A stretch of 64,000 nucleotides of DNA from Octopus sinensis (GCF_006345805.1 NC_043009.1:64976001-65040000), one strand, 5' to 3'. Positions 1 through 49,880 are shown, numbered from the stretch's first letter. Made by a program: numbers and translations. The notes: generated from the sequence alone by a model not told the origin.

Positions 1-135
1 TGTTTGTGCGCATGTGTGTGGGTCAGTGTGTGTGTGAGTGTGCGATGCATGCATGCATATACGTAAGTATGTATGTATGTATGTATGTATGTATGTATGT
101 ATGTATGCATGCATGTATGTATGTATGTATGTATG

Positions 136-166
<31 letters not shown>

Positions 167-273
167 GTATGTATGTATGTATGTGTGTATGTATGTATGT
201 ATGTATGTATGTATGTATGTATGTATGTATGTATGTATGCATGCATGTATGTATGTATGTATGTATGTATGTG

Positions 274-304
<31 letters not shown>

Positions 305-720
305 GTATGTATGTATGTATGTGTGTATGTATGTATGTATGTATGTATGTATGTATGTATGTATGTATGTATCTATCTATCTATGCATGTGTGTGTGTGT
401 ATATATGTGTGTATGCATATGTATATATGTATGTGTGTGTGTGCATCTGTATGTATGTATCCTGCATATTCATGTGCTTGCATGTCTGTGTTTGTGTATT
501 TTCTATGTATGTGTGTGTATGTGAGCGTGTGTTTGTATACGTATGCACCTTTGTCTCCTCGTGTGTGCATGTCTGTGTGTGTATGTCTGTGTGTGTGTGT
601 GTGTGTGTGTATTTTGCAACTATGTACCATGTGTGTATGTATGGCTGTGCATCTCTATATGTGTGGACCCGTGTCTCCGCATATGTCCTTGTGTGGAGTA
701 AAGATGTGTGTGTGTATATA
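1..720. repeat. (TATG)n/(TG)n microsatellite; comparable long tracts at 20693-21340, 22120-22350, 39440-40120, 57310-57645, 58030-59240, 63400-63565
   Basis: Direct inspection; these tracts are the source of the MYVC/HTYI/YI pseudo-ORFs. Confidence 0.97.
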
Positions 721-1039
721 TAGTCACGTGTTTCAGTCTCCATTTGCGTATGTCTGCTTGTCTGTTCCTATAACCTATGTACCTATCCATCTGTAAGTTG
801 ATCTGTTTATTTTCATGTCCATATGCTTACATACAAACAAAAAAAAATTAAAAAACAAATAAATACATGTGCATACACACACACACCCACGCACACACAT
901 ACATCTATCTACATAACAGTCCACTAACTATTCTACTCTACCTGTGTAAACTGTGGGTATGAAGGTATAATATTTACTATGTATATTTCCTATTTAGTAT
1001 TGGGGAGGTTTCATTTATAAGGTCTTACTTCCGTATTTG

Positions 1040-3225
1040 TGTGAGTGTTGGGTCTTTTGGGTGCTTGGATAAGATGCGGATGTCAAGTTAACCCAGGTTG
1101 CCTCCATGTTGGTCTTTAGCATATTGGTAGAGTAAGGAGGACTGTTTTTTGTCGTCATATTGTCTCAAATGATCATTTAGTCTTTCCGCAATGCTCCTAG
1201 ATGTCTCCCCTATGTACGTCATGTTCATGTCTTTACAAGCACCTTCTATGCATCTTATGCTGTAAACTACATTTCGAGTTCTACAGTTAATACCAGGGCT
1301 AATTCTACATACCATGCAGTTATCATTGGTGCATATGGTATTCTCAAAGGGGTACGTCCTACATAGTTGGGATCTGAATGAGTTCCCTGGCTTTACAAAA
1401 ATCTTAATATTGAGTTTGGTTTCCTTCAGACCTTTTCTAAATCTACGGGCTAGTTCTCCATGGGCTGTGGCCTCTACAAATATCACTCCTTGATATTTGT
1501 CGGTTTTATACCACGTGTTCGCCCTGTTTGCTTTGTCACAAGTTCTTTGTATCCTATTCCATTCTTTGTTTCTATATCTAGGGCAGGTACCACTGATATT
1601 ACGTATAATGTTATCTAATTTCTTTCTAGCCCCCACCCTGTACACTCGAATCGTATCTTTCTGATCATATCCAGAGAACTGTATGCGATGCATGAAGTTC
1701 TGTATATGTTTTTTGTTTTTATTTCATAGGGTTCGCATAGTGGGGTCACATTGTTCATTATTCAAAGTCTGCTATCAGTATGTTAATTTTCGTGTTGCGT
1801 GACAAAGCTGAGTTCTTGTGAATAACATTTTGAAGTCATGGGTTTCATGTAATAAGAGAGGAGGAGCTGCACTCTATTGTTCACAGTTTCTAACCAAAGT
1901 TCAGTTTCAAGTACAGGGAATCTATTGTTGGGGTGCTTAGTGGGGTAATCTATAGTTACCTTGATACTTTGGTGGATGGAGTCAGCTATTTGCTGGATGC
2001 TCTCCATTACGTTCTTCTCAGTCTCTACATTACCGTCACTAGAGTTGGTTCTAACTATTATATTAATGTCATTTACATATCTACTGTAGAGTAGAAGAGT
2101 TGTGGACTGTTCTGCTAACATTTGTTTAAGCTTTCTGTCCCACCAAGTCATGAAGAGGCCAGCCACATCTCCAGCTACACCTATGGCTGCACCTTGAACC
2201 TGCATGTATAGTTTTTTGTTAAACTTTACTATGTGGTTCTTCAAGGTGGTTTTTACACTGGCCCCTATTGCATATGCAATCATTTCTTTCACTTGATTGT
2301 TGCTCTCAGGTTTTTAGGTGGGTGCGGTCCAGCCACTCCAGCGCTCTGTGGTGCTTTTCTTCACTGCTGAAGTGATGGTGGGTGGTCTTCCCCTCTGTGA
2401 CCTGGTGGGGCAGAATTTACTAAGGTCATGGTCATCTAAATAGTTACTGTCATAGCATAGTCTGAGGAGGAGGCCCAGTTCCCTGTTGTTGACCTTACGG
2501 AATTCCACTTCACTCTCACAGATTACCTGAATGCATTTCTCCACAGGGAAATCTATGTCTATAGACGGGTAGAGTGAAATTACATCCATACTACCCACTA
2601 CACAACCTGTGAGGTCGTTGGAGTGGTTGAAAGCGCTGATTTTACTGAGATCTTCCGCACTCACACTGACATCCGAAGACATCTCTATGAGAGGTCGCAA
2701 TACCTGTGAGAGGAATTAGGGCAGTCTATAGTTGCTGGAGATGTTCTCTGCGCAAACTGGTCCGGTTTGGGCCCCGCGACAGGGTTTATGTAGGGTTTGT
2801 GGTCTTTGCGTAACCCATATAATGTAGGAACATCATTGTTGGATGCTTGGAAATTGTGTGCCGTCCTTTTTGTAGGTTGGAGTATGTTGCACCACATTCC
2901 CATGTGTGCATTGAGGAGTTTTTTCCACTCTTTCTTGTTCTTGTGGTGTAACTTCTCTCATGCTACTGATGTGTTGTTGCATGGTCTGCGCATAGCTCCG
3001 TGGGCTATCTACTGATAGTCTGCCAGACTTGTCTGTAGGGAGGCACACTAATTCTCTGTTCCTAATCCGCTGTTTTAGTTTTTGTATGCCTTTGTCAATA
3101 GATGAGCTGAGTTGGTGGGTCGTACGGAAGATCTTAGTAAAATCAGTGCATGCAACCACTCCAACGACCTCACAGGTTGTGTAGTGGGTAGTATGGATGT
3201 GATTTCACTCTACCCATCTATAGAC
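1040..3225 (-). mobile_element. Degenerate Penelope-like retroelement (RT + GIY-YIG endonuclease)
   Basis: Frameshifted ORFs with SMDVISLYPSI, QVQGAAIG, YSRYVND, and NVVYSIRC...YIGETSRSIAERL (GIY-YIG). Confidence 0.85.
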
Positions 3226-3321
3226 AGGTATTTTATCCGGTCCCCCTCCAACTCTTAGTCCATGTAATTGAAAAAACTGCATTATTTATGGGATGACCCA
3301 ATAGCATATATATACATATAC

Positions 3322-3372
<51 letters not shown>

Positions 3373-3515
3373 ATGTATGTATGTATATTATATATATGTA
3401 TGTATAAATGCATATATATGTGCGAGTGTGTACGTATATACGTATTATATCTATGTATGAATATAAATGTCTATGTTGGCATATATGTATATATGTTGCC
3501 TATTTCATATTTCAG

Positions 3516-17476
<13,961 letters not shown>

Positions 17477-19483
17477 AATAGACACTGTGTGTGTGTGTGT
17501 GTGTGTGTGTGGAGTCTGTCTGTCTGTGTGCATTTGCACAAGTTTGTGTGTCTATGTATGTATGTATGTATGTATGTATGTATGTATGTATGTATGTATG
17601 TATGTATGTATGTATGTATGTATGTATGTGAGTGTGTGCCTTTGTATGAGTTCCTCTTTTCGCATAATGTTTGTAAGCATAACATGAAATAAACTCTGTA
17701 TATACCGATTGCTGTGTTCTGTTCGTATATTTAAGCGCATAACATAGTTATACACCAATACATACATACATACATACATACATACATACATACATACCAC
17801 TACACAAGACCATACCACTACAATCCAAGAAATTGCCACTGGTGAACAAGAGAGGCAGTGACGCTCTCGTAGTCCCAAGTTGCATTCGCATGTGCAGGCT
17901 ATGTTATGTTTCTGTGGAAGACATTACGCATGTGATTAGCAGCCGTCCTTAAATGTCGTCAAATTGTGGCGAAAGAATAAAGCAAGGTTCTTTAAATAAA
18001 AATGAACATTTCTGAAAGAAATGAAGCATATTTCTACATTTGTTCTTATTGTTATTGTTGTTGTTGTTGTTGTTGTTATTGTTGCTTAACTCCAAATGTG
18101 CCCTGCTGCAGCAAACATGTTATCAAAGTTTACCCTGCAATCGCCACCGCCACTGCCACCACTCACCACCACAACCCTCACATTATCATTGGTTGCAACA
18201 CTTTCAGCGTTACTAACGTGACCACGACCACCACCACTGAAACAACAGCAACAACAACAACTTGACGGCCTGCGGCAGACGAATTACAATAATCAATCAT
18301 TATGTTAGGAAATGGTGGATGCTCTGTGAGGGTAAAACATTATTCACCGGAGAAGACGAGGGATCTAATGTTGGCGGGTAACGGTAAACCCTACTAAAAA
18401 ATAGTTGGAGACATCGCCCTTGCGCACACATGCACTCGCACACACACACACATCATCATCATCATGATTATGATGATGATGGTGGTGGTGATGATGATGA
18501 TGATGAAGATGATGATGATGACGATGATGATGATGATGATGATGGTGGTGATGATGATGATGTTGAAGATGGTGATGATGTCGACGATGACGGCTCCGGC
18601 GGTGGTGATATTGACATAAATCTTGTTGCCCTCAATAATAATGTACGCATTTGATGAAATTACTAAAGGTTATCTGCTGTGAATGTGAGGTTGAGCGAGT
18701 TCTTCAATGCTCCACAGTTAGAACCATCACGTATGGACGGTCAAGTGAACTTTTCTTTCAAAACAAATTGGCTGATTCATTATTTGACACCATCAACCTC
18801 GACCTCGTTATGTTCCTCAGAGTGATTATGATAATGAAATCATGACACTGATTACGAAAGACACTAATACGATTATTAGGACGATGAAGGTGATGATCAT
18901 GTGGACATGATCGTTTTGATAATGAAAGCATTTGCATAAATTTACACATATCAACATATTCCCCTTCTCAGATTCACACACTTATCGTAGCGCTCCTTCA
19001 GTTTTTCTAAGCCCTGTAAAAGAACACAGAAGGTCTGATCTTCAACCAGGCCTTTCGTGACTCCCTTAAAGCCAGGAGCTTTCAGCACCCTCTTGTACTG
19101 TTATATATTATGTCGATATCAGCGCTGAATATTTAAGGCTATTCTTGTACTTACCATTCATATCAGCGGCTGTAATACGATATGATATTCACCTTCATAC
19201 TTGAGAAGAGAGCTTTGCCCAATGCCAGAACCTCAGAAGTTATTGAGTGAGTATCAGATCTTATTTTATAATTTCTTCCTTCTTTTAATTCTTTTTGGTT
19301 GTCAAAGACCAATTACAGAATTCCTCTTACTCAGATCAATTCTAATTCATTTGTATTAACTTGGTCAGAGAGACGGGTCGTTGCCGTCACATATCTTCAT
19401 AAACTCCTCAGACTCGCATTTATCTGAGTTTATTGATTTAACTATTTTCTTCCGTCGCAGATCACCACTGGATTCTCTATTTA

Positions 19484-19521
<38 letters not shown>

Positions 19522-20798
19522 CATGTGTGCGCAAGGGCGATGTCTCCAACTATTTTTTAGTAGGGTTTACCGTTACCCGCCAACATTAGATCCCTCGTCT
19601 TCTCCAGTGAATAATGTTTTACCCTCACAGAGCATCCACAATTTCCTAACATAATGATTGATTATTATAATTCGTCTGCCGCAGGCCGTCAAGCTGTTGT
19701 TGTTGTTGTTTCAGTGGTGGTGGTCGTGGTCACGTTAGTAACGATGAAGGTGTTGCAACCAATGATAATGTGAAGGTTGTGGTGGTGAGTGGTGGCAGTG
19801 GCGATTGCAGGGTAAACTTTGATAACATGTTTGCTCCAGCAGGGCACATTTGGGATTAAGCAACAACAACAACAACAACAATAAGAACAAATGTAGAAAT
19901 ATGCTTCATTTCTTTCAGAAATGTTCATTTTTATTTAAAGAAAATTCTATCGAAGTGAATTCAGGTTTCCAAAGAAAATAAAAAGAACTTAAGTTTCACC
20001 AAACATTTGAAAGCTTCTAAGATATGAAAGAGGTTTCATATCATATTTAAAACAACATCGTATAAATTCTGAGATACTTAGCTGTTGTTTTGAGCAAGTC
20101 GAGCTACTACACAGCGTTTCCCTCACTGGCCCGGGAGCGGATTAAGAACTCTGTTGGATTAAAACTCGATTCTTTTAATTTCACGTATTATTATGGTTAG
20201 GTTGATTAATAGAATCATTGGAAGGTAGCAAATGTTTGAATCGTTCAGTGGATATTATGTGCCATCAAGTCTTAAAATACGTAAGTCAATGAAAATAATA
20301 ACAGGCTTTAATGAGTGAAAATAAATTTATTGTTGTGTGACGAGAAAGATGTTTGGACGCAGATCTTTGCAATATCAAATAAGAAAACTGATAAAATGAA
20401 ACATTTATGGGAATAAAGGAATAATATAGAATGACAGCGAAAATATTTTTTTCAACATTTCAAAAAATAAATTCATGCGACAAAAGTATTAAAATCTTTT
20501 TTTCCAAATTCAATAATTTTTCAAGTTTTACACTTTCGTTTTCTGTTCATCGTAGAATACCTATTTCTTTACTACCCACAAGGGGGTAAATACAGAGGGG
20601 ACAAACAAGGACAGACAAACGGATTAAGTCGATTACACCGACCCCAGTGCATAACTGGTACTTTATTTATCGACCCCGAACGGATGAAAGTCATACATAC
20701 ATACATACAAACATACATACATACATACATACATACACACATACACACATACATACATACATACAAACATACATACATACATACATACATACATACAC

Positions 20799-20831
<33 letters not shown>

Positions 20832-21339
20832 CATACATACAAACATACATACATACGTACATATATACATACATACATACATACATACATACATACATAC
20901 ATACACACATACATACATACATACATGCATACATACATACACACATACATACATACATACAAACATACATACATACATACATACATACATACATACATAC
21001 ATGCATACATACATACATACAAACATACATACATACATACATACATACATACAAACATACATACATACGTACATACATACATACATACATACATACATAC
21101 ACACACACATACATACATACATACATGCATACATACATACACACATACATACATACATACAAACATACATACATACATACATGCATACATACATACATAC
21201 AAACATACATACATACATACATACATACATACAAACATACATACATACGTACATACATACATACATACATACATACATACATACATACATACATACATAC
21301 ATACATACATACATACATGCATACACACATACGTACATA

Positions 21340-22000
21340 TGGCTACGTCGATGCAAGCCAACAACAACAGAATCCCGCCAAATATCTACAGCATAAAAAG
21401 GCAGAAAACGTGGGCGGACAACAACTGTAGGCTTTTGAAGACCAAACCTGAAATCATCAAGCGTATCATTAGCAGCTACAAGAGAATGTCGGCCAGATAT
21501 TATCTTCCCATGAGTCATGAGACAGTGGCCAGAACAGTCAAGGACAGGACAACGAAAGAGAAAATACCTAAAACGACGTTGACCACATAGAGACCAATCG
21601 GTCAAGAGAATATTGGTGGAACTTAAAAATTAAAACAGGCGCGAAGATAAAACACAAGCGGTCAGATATCGTTGTGTGTCACCACAAAGGAAAAGATATG
21701 TTCTGTTTCTGGAAATCAGCTGTCGTCCGGACACGAATGCCGTTAGAAAAATACAAGAGAAAGAGGACATCTATGGATCATTGATAAGTCTACAAATCCA
21801 GTACCCAACTAAAGACATATTTTCAGTTTGATACCCATTATCATTTGAGCAACAAGATACATACCAACCCGTCCGGAACTAGGTATGGCTGAACTTGGGA
21901 TCTTGGGGCGGGAATGCAAATACTTAATTCATATGCTGCATATGATCACAAAATCTGGGACTATAAAAATCTGTCGGACCTTTTTAAGATTTTAAGGATA
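21340..22000 (+). mobile_element. R4-like non-LTR 3' fragment
   Basis: IISSYKRMSARYYLPMSHE; EYWWN; similar to 22430-24120 in the opposite orientation. Confidence 0.65.
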
Positions 22001-22329
22001 ATGGATGAAACAAAATATTTCCCTCACAGCCCTGCTACCAAGAAAAGTGGCCAGTCAAAATTTACTCTAAACTAAAAGAGAACGAAAATAGATATACATA
22101 AATGTATGAACACATACTTACATATGTATGTATGTATGTATGTATGTGTATGTATGTATGTATGTATGTATGTATGTATGTATGTATGTGTGTGTGTATG
22201 TATGTATGTATGTATGTATGTATGTATGCATGTATGTATGTATGTATGTATGTATGTATGTGTATGTGTATGTATGTATGTATGTATGTATGTATGTATG
22301 TATGTATGTATGCATGTATGTATGTATGT

Positions 22330-24140
22330 ATGTATATTTATATGTATGTATGTCTCTTCTGTTTTTTAATTATTATAAATCTTCCACTGAGGAGGGAACC
22401 ACTTTTCAACAACACACTTTTCCATCTTTATGATGTAGTTAACACAAATTCACATTCGGAACTTGAGAAAAGTCTTGCATATTTTACTGTTCCACTCACA
22501 GATTGAACTTGTAATCTACGAGTCAGCCGGTTGGTTTCTTTTTCTGAAAATCCCTGTTTATCCAGATTCTCCTTTAAGCATTTACTAACAAAACCCAGTG
22601 CTCCAATTATCATTGGTATAAATATGAATTCATAGTCTGGATATAGAAGCTGGAGGTTTCGAAGCAGTCGTCCATAGATATCCTCTTTTTCTTTGATTTT
22701 CAAAGAGATATTTATATCTGCAGGGTAGCTGACCTCTATGATGGTACATACCTTTGCCCCTCTGTCCCAAACAAAAATATCCGGCCTTTTATGCTTACAT
22801 TTGACAAGTTGTGATGGGAATATTCCACCAGTATTCCTTGAGCTGGTGTTTATGAATGTATTTCCATAACAGGGATTTTCTAAGTTTTTTTTCGCGGATG
22901 GCATTGTAAATTGCTTTAGCAACAAAATCGTGCCGCATAGGGAGGTAGTACCGTGACCACTTTTAGGACAGCTGTTAATGACATGCGTAATGCCTTCACA
23001 GAAACATGACATAGTCTCCATATGCAGTTTCACCTTGGAATTACAAGAGCGTCACTGCCTCTCTTGTTCACCAGGGACTTTGTGGCAATCTCCTGTTCCT
23101 GGATTGCAAACGCACAGCCTTCAAGTGTGATGTGAAGTAGTGGTCTTGTGTAGTGGTATGTATGTATGCATGCATGTATGTATGTATGTATGTATGTATT
23201 ATGTATGTATGCATGTATGTATGTATGTATGTATGTATGTATGTGTATGTGTATGTATGTAGTATGTATGTATGTATGTATGTATGTATGTATGCATGTA
23301 TGTATGTATGTATGTATATTTATATGTATGTATGTCTCTTCTGTTTTTTAATTATTATAAATCTTCCACTGAGGAGGGAACCACTTTTCAACAACACTTT
23401 TCCATCTTTATGATGTAGTTAACACAAATTCACATTCGGAACTTGAGAAAAGTCTTGCATATTTTTACTGTTCCACTCACAGATTGAACTTGTAATCTAC
23501 GAGTCAGCCGGTTGGTTTCTTTTTCTGAAAATCCCTGTTTATCCAGATTCTCCTTTAAGCATTTACTAACAAAACCCAGTGCTCCAATTATCATTGGTAT
23601 AAATATGAATTCATAGTCTGGATATAGAAGCTGGAGGTTTCGAAGCAGTCGTCCATAGATATCCTCTTTTTCTTTGATTTTCAAAGAGATATTTATATCT
23701 GCAGGGTAGCTGACCTCTATGATGGTACATACCTTTGCCCCTCTGTCCCAAACAAAAAATATCCGGCCTTTTATGCTTACATTTGACAAGTTGTGATGGG
23801 AATATTCCACCAGTATTCCTTGAGCTGGTGTTTATGAATGTATTTCCATAACAGGGATTTTCTAAGTTTTTTTTCGCGGATGGCATTGTAAATTGCTTTA
23901 GCAACAAAATCGTGCCGCATAGGGAGGTAGTACCGTGACCACATTTTAGGACAGCTGTTAATGACATGCGTAATGCCTTCACAGAAACATGACATAGTCT
24001 CCATATGCAGTTTCACCTTGGAATTACAAGAGCGTCACTGCCTCTCTTGTTCACCAGGGACTTTGTGGCAATCTCCTGTTCCTGGATTGCAAACGCACAG
24101 CCTTCAAAGTGTGATGTGAAGTAGTGGTCTTGTGTAGTGG
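22330..24140 (-). mobile_element. R4-like (RLE) non-LTR 3' fragment as a near-identical ~982-bp tandem duplicate
   Basis: ITHVINSCPK..YYLPMRHD, KRPDI, IIEVSYP (PD-(D/E)xK-type endonuclease); 22381 aligns with 23363. Confidence 0.8.
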
Positions 24141-24481
24141 TATGTATGTATGCATGCATGTATGTATGTATGTATGTATGTATGTATGTATGTATGTATG
24201 TATGTATGTATGTATGTATGTATGTGTTCACGTATAAGTATGTTATGCGCTTAAATATACGAACAGAACACAGCAATCGGTATATACAGAGTTTATTTCA
24301 TATTACGCTTACAAGCATTATGCGGAGAGAGGATCTCATACAAAGGCACACACTCACATACATACATACATACATACATACATACATACATACATACATA
24401 CATACATACATACATGCATACATAGACACACAAAATTGTGCAAATGGACAAGCACACACACGCAAACACACAGTGTCTATT

Positions 24482-45268
<20,787 letters not shown>

Positions 45269-45463
45269 CTGAAATATGAAATAGGCAACATATATACATA
45301 TATGCTTACATAGACATTTACATTCATACATAGATACAATATATATGCATATACACATATATATGCACTTATACAAATATATATATAATATACATACATA
45401 CATATACATACATAAACACACAAACACACACACACACACACACACATACACACACACACAAAG

Positions 45464-45555
<92 letters not shown>

Positions 45556-45565
45556 ATATATATAC

Positions 45566-46230
45566 TATTGTTTTATCCCATTAATAATGCAGTTTTTTCA
45601 ATTGCATGAACTAAAAGTCGGAGGGAGACAGGATAAACTACCTGCATCAACTTGCTATAAAAGCAGGTAGTAATTTTACTTGTGCTTATTCTTGGTGCAA
45701 TTTTGAAGAGTGCAGTTCGGTCTTAGCGGTAATTTTTTGAAAGCTATCATGGAAGTGACAAAGGAGCATATTTGGCATATTTTGCTTTATGTATTCAATA
45801 AAGGCAACACCGGAACGGTAAATGCGAGGAATATTAATGCAGTATATGGGGATCGGACGATAAGCGTAAGCCAGTGTCAACGGTGGTTCCAGAAATTCCA
45901 GCTGAAAACTACAGCTTAGTGGACTAGCCTCGTCCTGGAAAACCTGTGGAGCTCGATGAAGACGTCCTGCAAACTCTGGTAGAACAAAAACCCACCGGCA
46001 CCCCAAGCTAAAGAAGGTCTTCACCCACGTAAGGTGTTGTTATCTGTTTGGTGGGATGTGGGAGGTTTAGACCACTTTGAACATTTAAACCCAAACCAAA
46101 CGATAACAAAGGAGATCCACTGCAAGCAGCTTGAGCGGTTTAAGTCTGCGCTAGAAGAAAAGAGACCATCTTTGGTTTCAAGACGAAAGGTGTTCTTCCA
46201 TCAGGATAATGCTCAGTCACAAATAGTTCC
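45566..46230 (+). mobile_element. Truncated mariner; its 5' end is also present, inverted and diverged, at 3226-3304
   Basis: MEVTKEHIWHILLYVFNKG...CQRWFQKF; LSVWWD...FFHQDNA. Confidence 0.85.
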
Positions 46231-46235
46231 GTGCG

Positions 46236-46287
<52 letters not shown>

Positions 46288-46296
46288 TGTGTGTGC

Positions 46297-46356
<60 letters not shown>

Positions 46357-47098
46357 GAGAGAGGTATAATTCTATTTTTGTACGCCATTACGTATTTTGA
46401 TTCACACCTCTCTGAAAAATATAGTTTTTGCAGAGACGAACTTTTCGCTTGAGTAGGTTGCGTTTTATGTTGATAGAATTTAGGATAAAATTTACGAGAG
46501 GAACTTTCAACCATTCTGTCTCCCATTCCGGACTTTGCTACCACCGGTTTCGGTAATATTAATCATTTTTCGTTATTGTTTTTTCAGATTTATGTGTTTA
46601 AAACATGAACATTATTTAATCCACATTCTCGAAAGAGTATTTCTGCAAAAAATGCCATTTAAGAATATGTATATAATTAAGAATTGGAAAAAAAAAAAAG
46701 AAAATCAGGACTTGGAGAATGGACCAAAACTGTTCCAAGGTAATAGACAAAACAAAACAAAACAAAAAGTTAGTGTCATCAACTTAATCGCAAATATACA
46801 CCCAAGAAAATATATCTATGCAAAATGTCAGCAAAATAATAAGTATATTTAGGAAAGTTGTGAAGAAACAAATTCGGTGAGACATCAAACTATAGATATG
46901 CCATGTATATATCTACACACACGCGCATGCGTGCGCGTGAGCCGATTCCTAGGAATGTATAAGGTAATGCACAGGAACTTATCTCTGAGTACACAGCTTC
47001 TTATAGTAGAAACAGCTGTAAGCTAATGTGAGGTGATTATGTGACTTCTGTTCTCTTATCATATATTTAATTACGCATACTCTCGGGCAAACACATAT

Positions 47099-47141
<43 letters not shown>

Positions 47142-47689
47142 TAAGGTCAGTAGTCTACAAAGATAAACGTGATTACCAAACTTAATTACACTGACGTAAG
47201 TATATTTTGCTGTTTGTTGTGTCTAGAGAGGGTCATTATGCTAATATTATTAACACACGCACTGGTTCAATTCCACTTCTTTATTATTAGTCAATTGGTT
47301 CAATAATTCATTGTTTGTATAATTTTTATTTCACGAACAATAAAACATCGCAGTTTAGAGATTTTGCTGGTATTTCGCGATTCCAAAATGTTTCGAGTTG
47401 GATTTTCTTATGTAAGGTTCTTACTTCATCATGTCTCGTAGTTAGATAAGGTTAAGATGAAATTTTCGCACAGCTACTTATGATGTGACTGACAGCATCA
47501 ATATTTATTCTAGAGAGCCTGCATCGGCGGTCGAGTTTTGGGGACTTACCTGCGTTCCTATATTTTTTTTATAAATCAGGTATTTTGCTGCATATATCTA
47601 TGTTTCTTTGCATGTATGCATGTATGTGTTTATGTATGCATGTATATATATAAGAGAACAAAGTGTACGTACGCCACTATATATATATA

Positions 47690-49207
47690 TATAAAATACA
47701 AAATGGGACAAGAAAGCAAAACATCCGGACAGCTAGGTGATACAAAAAGGGACAACAAAACATCCAGAGAGAAGATACAAAAAAAAAAAAACACGGACGG
47801 GTCATTCGAAGCCTTTTATCTTCAGTCAAGAACCTGATCATATATATTTTCTCTCTCTCGTCGTCCACGATAATCCAGCGTTTGCAATACTTTTTTCGTC
47901 TGGCGTTAACAGCCCTTCTTATCTTGTTCTCCTTGTCCTGTCTCTCACTGTTATATATTTATTTTTCCACTGTTTATATATATTTTTTACTGTTTATATG
48001 TTTGTACTGTCGTTACCGTCTTGCTTTTTTTTTACCCCCTGCGAAAAGATCTCAGAATTTTAATTGATTTGCTTTTCGCGGGAAGGAAGTTTTCTTCGAA
48101 GTATACGTCTCGCTTTTATCCTTCGAAACGTTTTAGAGATGAACCTTAGCGACTGAAGAAGGGGATTTTTCGTTGTGCTTATTGTCCTGTATCTCTCCTT
48201 TTTTTGCTTGTCTTGTTCCTTGGTTTGTGTCTATGTTTCGTCTCTCCTATGTGTTCGACGTCTTTTTGGTGTCCTGTACACATATATGCGTGTGTATATG
48301 TACATGTAGAGGTAGGTACGTACATATAGTTTATAATATGCATATGTTCTATTTTATTAACATATTATACGACTAAACGCACGCACCCTATTAAGTAAGA
48401 TTGATCTGTTTATCAAGTTAGCCTTGATATTAAATCTCACGCGACTCTGCATCTTTCTTTCTTTCTCTCCCATTCCCTTTTTCGTCTTTTTTTCCCTCAC
48501 TTAACTTGTCTCTTCCTCTCTCTCTCATTCTTCATCTCTCTCTCTCCCTTCACCATTCTTCATGGTCTCCTCGCAACATTCCCCTTCTTCTCTCTCTTCC
48601 TCTGCTCCTCCTCCCCCATTCCCGTCGTCCATCTGCGACGATACTTCCGTCGTAACTGCTATCCTGTCTTTTCTCGCCCGCCTTCTAAGGCTACTGGTCG
48701 ACACATTTTCTCTCTCCCGTCGTCCACGATAATCCAGCGTTTGCAATACTTTTTTCGTCTGGCGTTAACAGCCCTTCTTATCTTGTTCTCCTTGTCCTGT
48801 CTCTCACTGTTATTATTATTTTTCCACTGTTATATATATATTTTTTACTGTTTATATGTTTGTACTGTCGTTACGTCTTGCTTTTTTTTTACCCCTCTGC
48901 GAAAAGATCTCAGAATTTTAATTGATTTGCTTTTCGCGGGAAGGAAGTTTTTCGAAGTATACGTCTCGCTTTTCCTTCGAAACGTTTAGTAGATGAAACC
49001 TTAGCGACTGAAGAAGGGGATTTTTCGTTGTGCTTATTGTCCTGTATCTCTCCTTTTTTTGCTTGTCTTGTTCCTTGGTTTGTGTCTATGTGTTTCGTCT
49101 CTCTATGTGTGTTCGACGTCTTTTTGGTGTCCTGTACACATATATGCGTGTATATGTACATGTAGAGGTAGGTACGTACATATATGTTTATATATATGCA
49201 TATGTTC

Positions 49208-49215
<8 letters not shown>
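47690..49215. mobile_element. Non-coding element with ~490-bp direct repeats (47860-48350 / 48720-49210), probably Penelope-derived; relative at ~37060-37245
   Basis: Near-identical repeat starting CGTCCACGATAATCCAGCG; shared CCTTCGAAACG...CTGAnGAAGGGGA. Confidence 0.5.
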
Positions 49216-49250
<35 letters not shown>

Positions 49251-49303
49251 TATATATCTTCAGTCAAAAAGATATATCATTTATCTAAGTCAAGAACCGG
49301 ATC

Positions 49304-49335
<32 letters not shown>

Positions 49336-49337
49336 TA

Positions 49338-49633
49338 TCTTTATATATAAAAGTGAAGTTGTGTGTCTGTCTCCTACGATTTAGATTCCTAACTACTCCC
49401 ATATTTTGCGGTGCAGTTTAACCAAAACCGGGTATCTTATAGTCGTGATTCATATCGAGCCCTTCTGAGTATTAGCGCGTCTACGATGAGTCTACGATTT
49501 AAAAAAAAACTTACCATTATTTCTTCCCATTTTTAATGCATTTTTTTGCTATTATATAAGGGAAGTAACTCTCTAAAAATGCTTATATAGTTATTCCCTT
49601 ACAAACCCAAGCAACGCCGGGCGATACTGCTAG
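49338..49633 (+). mobile_element. Non-autonomous Helitron (family 1, internally deleted)
   Basis: 5' TCTTTATATATAAAAGTGAAG; 3' CAACGCCGGGCGATACTGCTAG. Confidence 0.8.
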
Positions 49634-49643
49634 TATATATATA

Positions 49644-49687
<44 letters not shown>

Positions 49688-49777
49688 TATATAATATATA
49701 TATATATCTTCAGTCAAAAAGATATATATTTTATCTTCAGTCAAAAAGATATATCGTTAATCTTAAGTCAAGAAAGG

Positions 49778-49880
<103 letters not shown>

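Noticed and set aside
6-796. Long ORFs of [16 protein letters not shown] or CVCV repeats here and throughout the window
   Set aside because: Translations of (TATG)n, (TA)n, (TCTA)n and (TG)n microsatellites that lack stop codons; not genes.
18430-18654. Poly-Asp/His ORF in the palindrome spacer
   Set aside because: (GAT)n/(CAT)n trinucleotide repeat with no splice or domain support.
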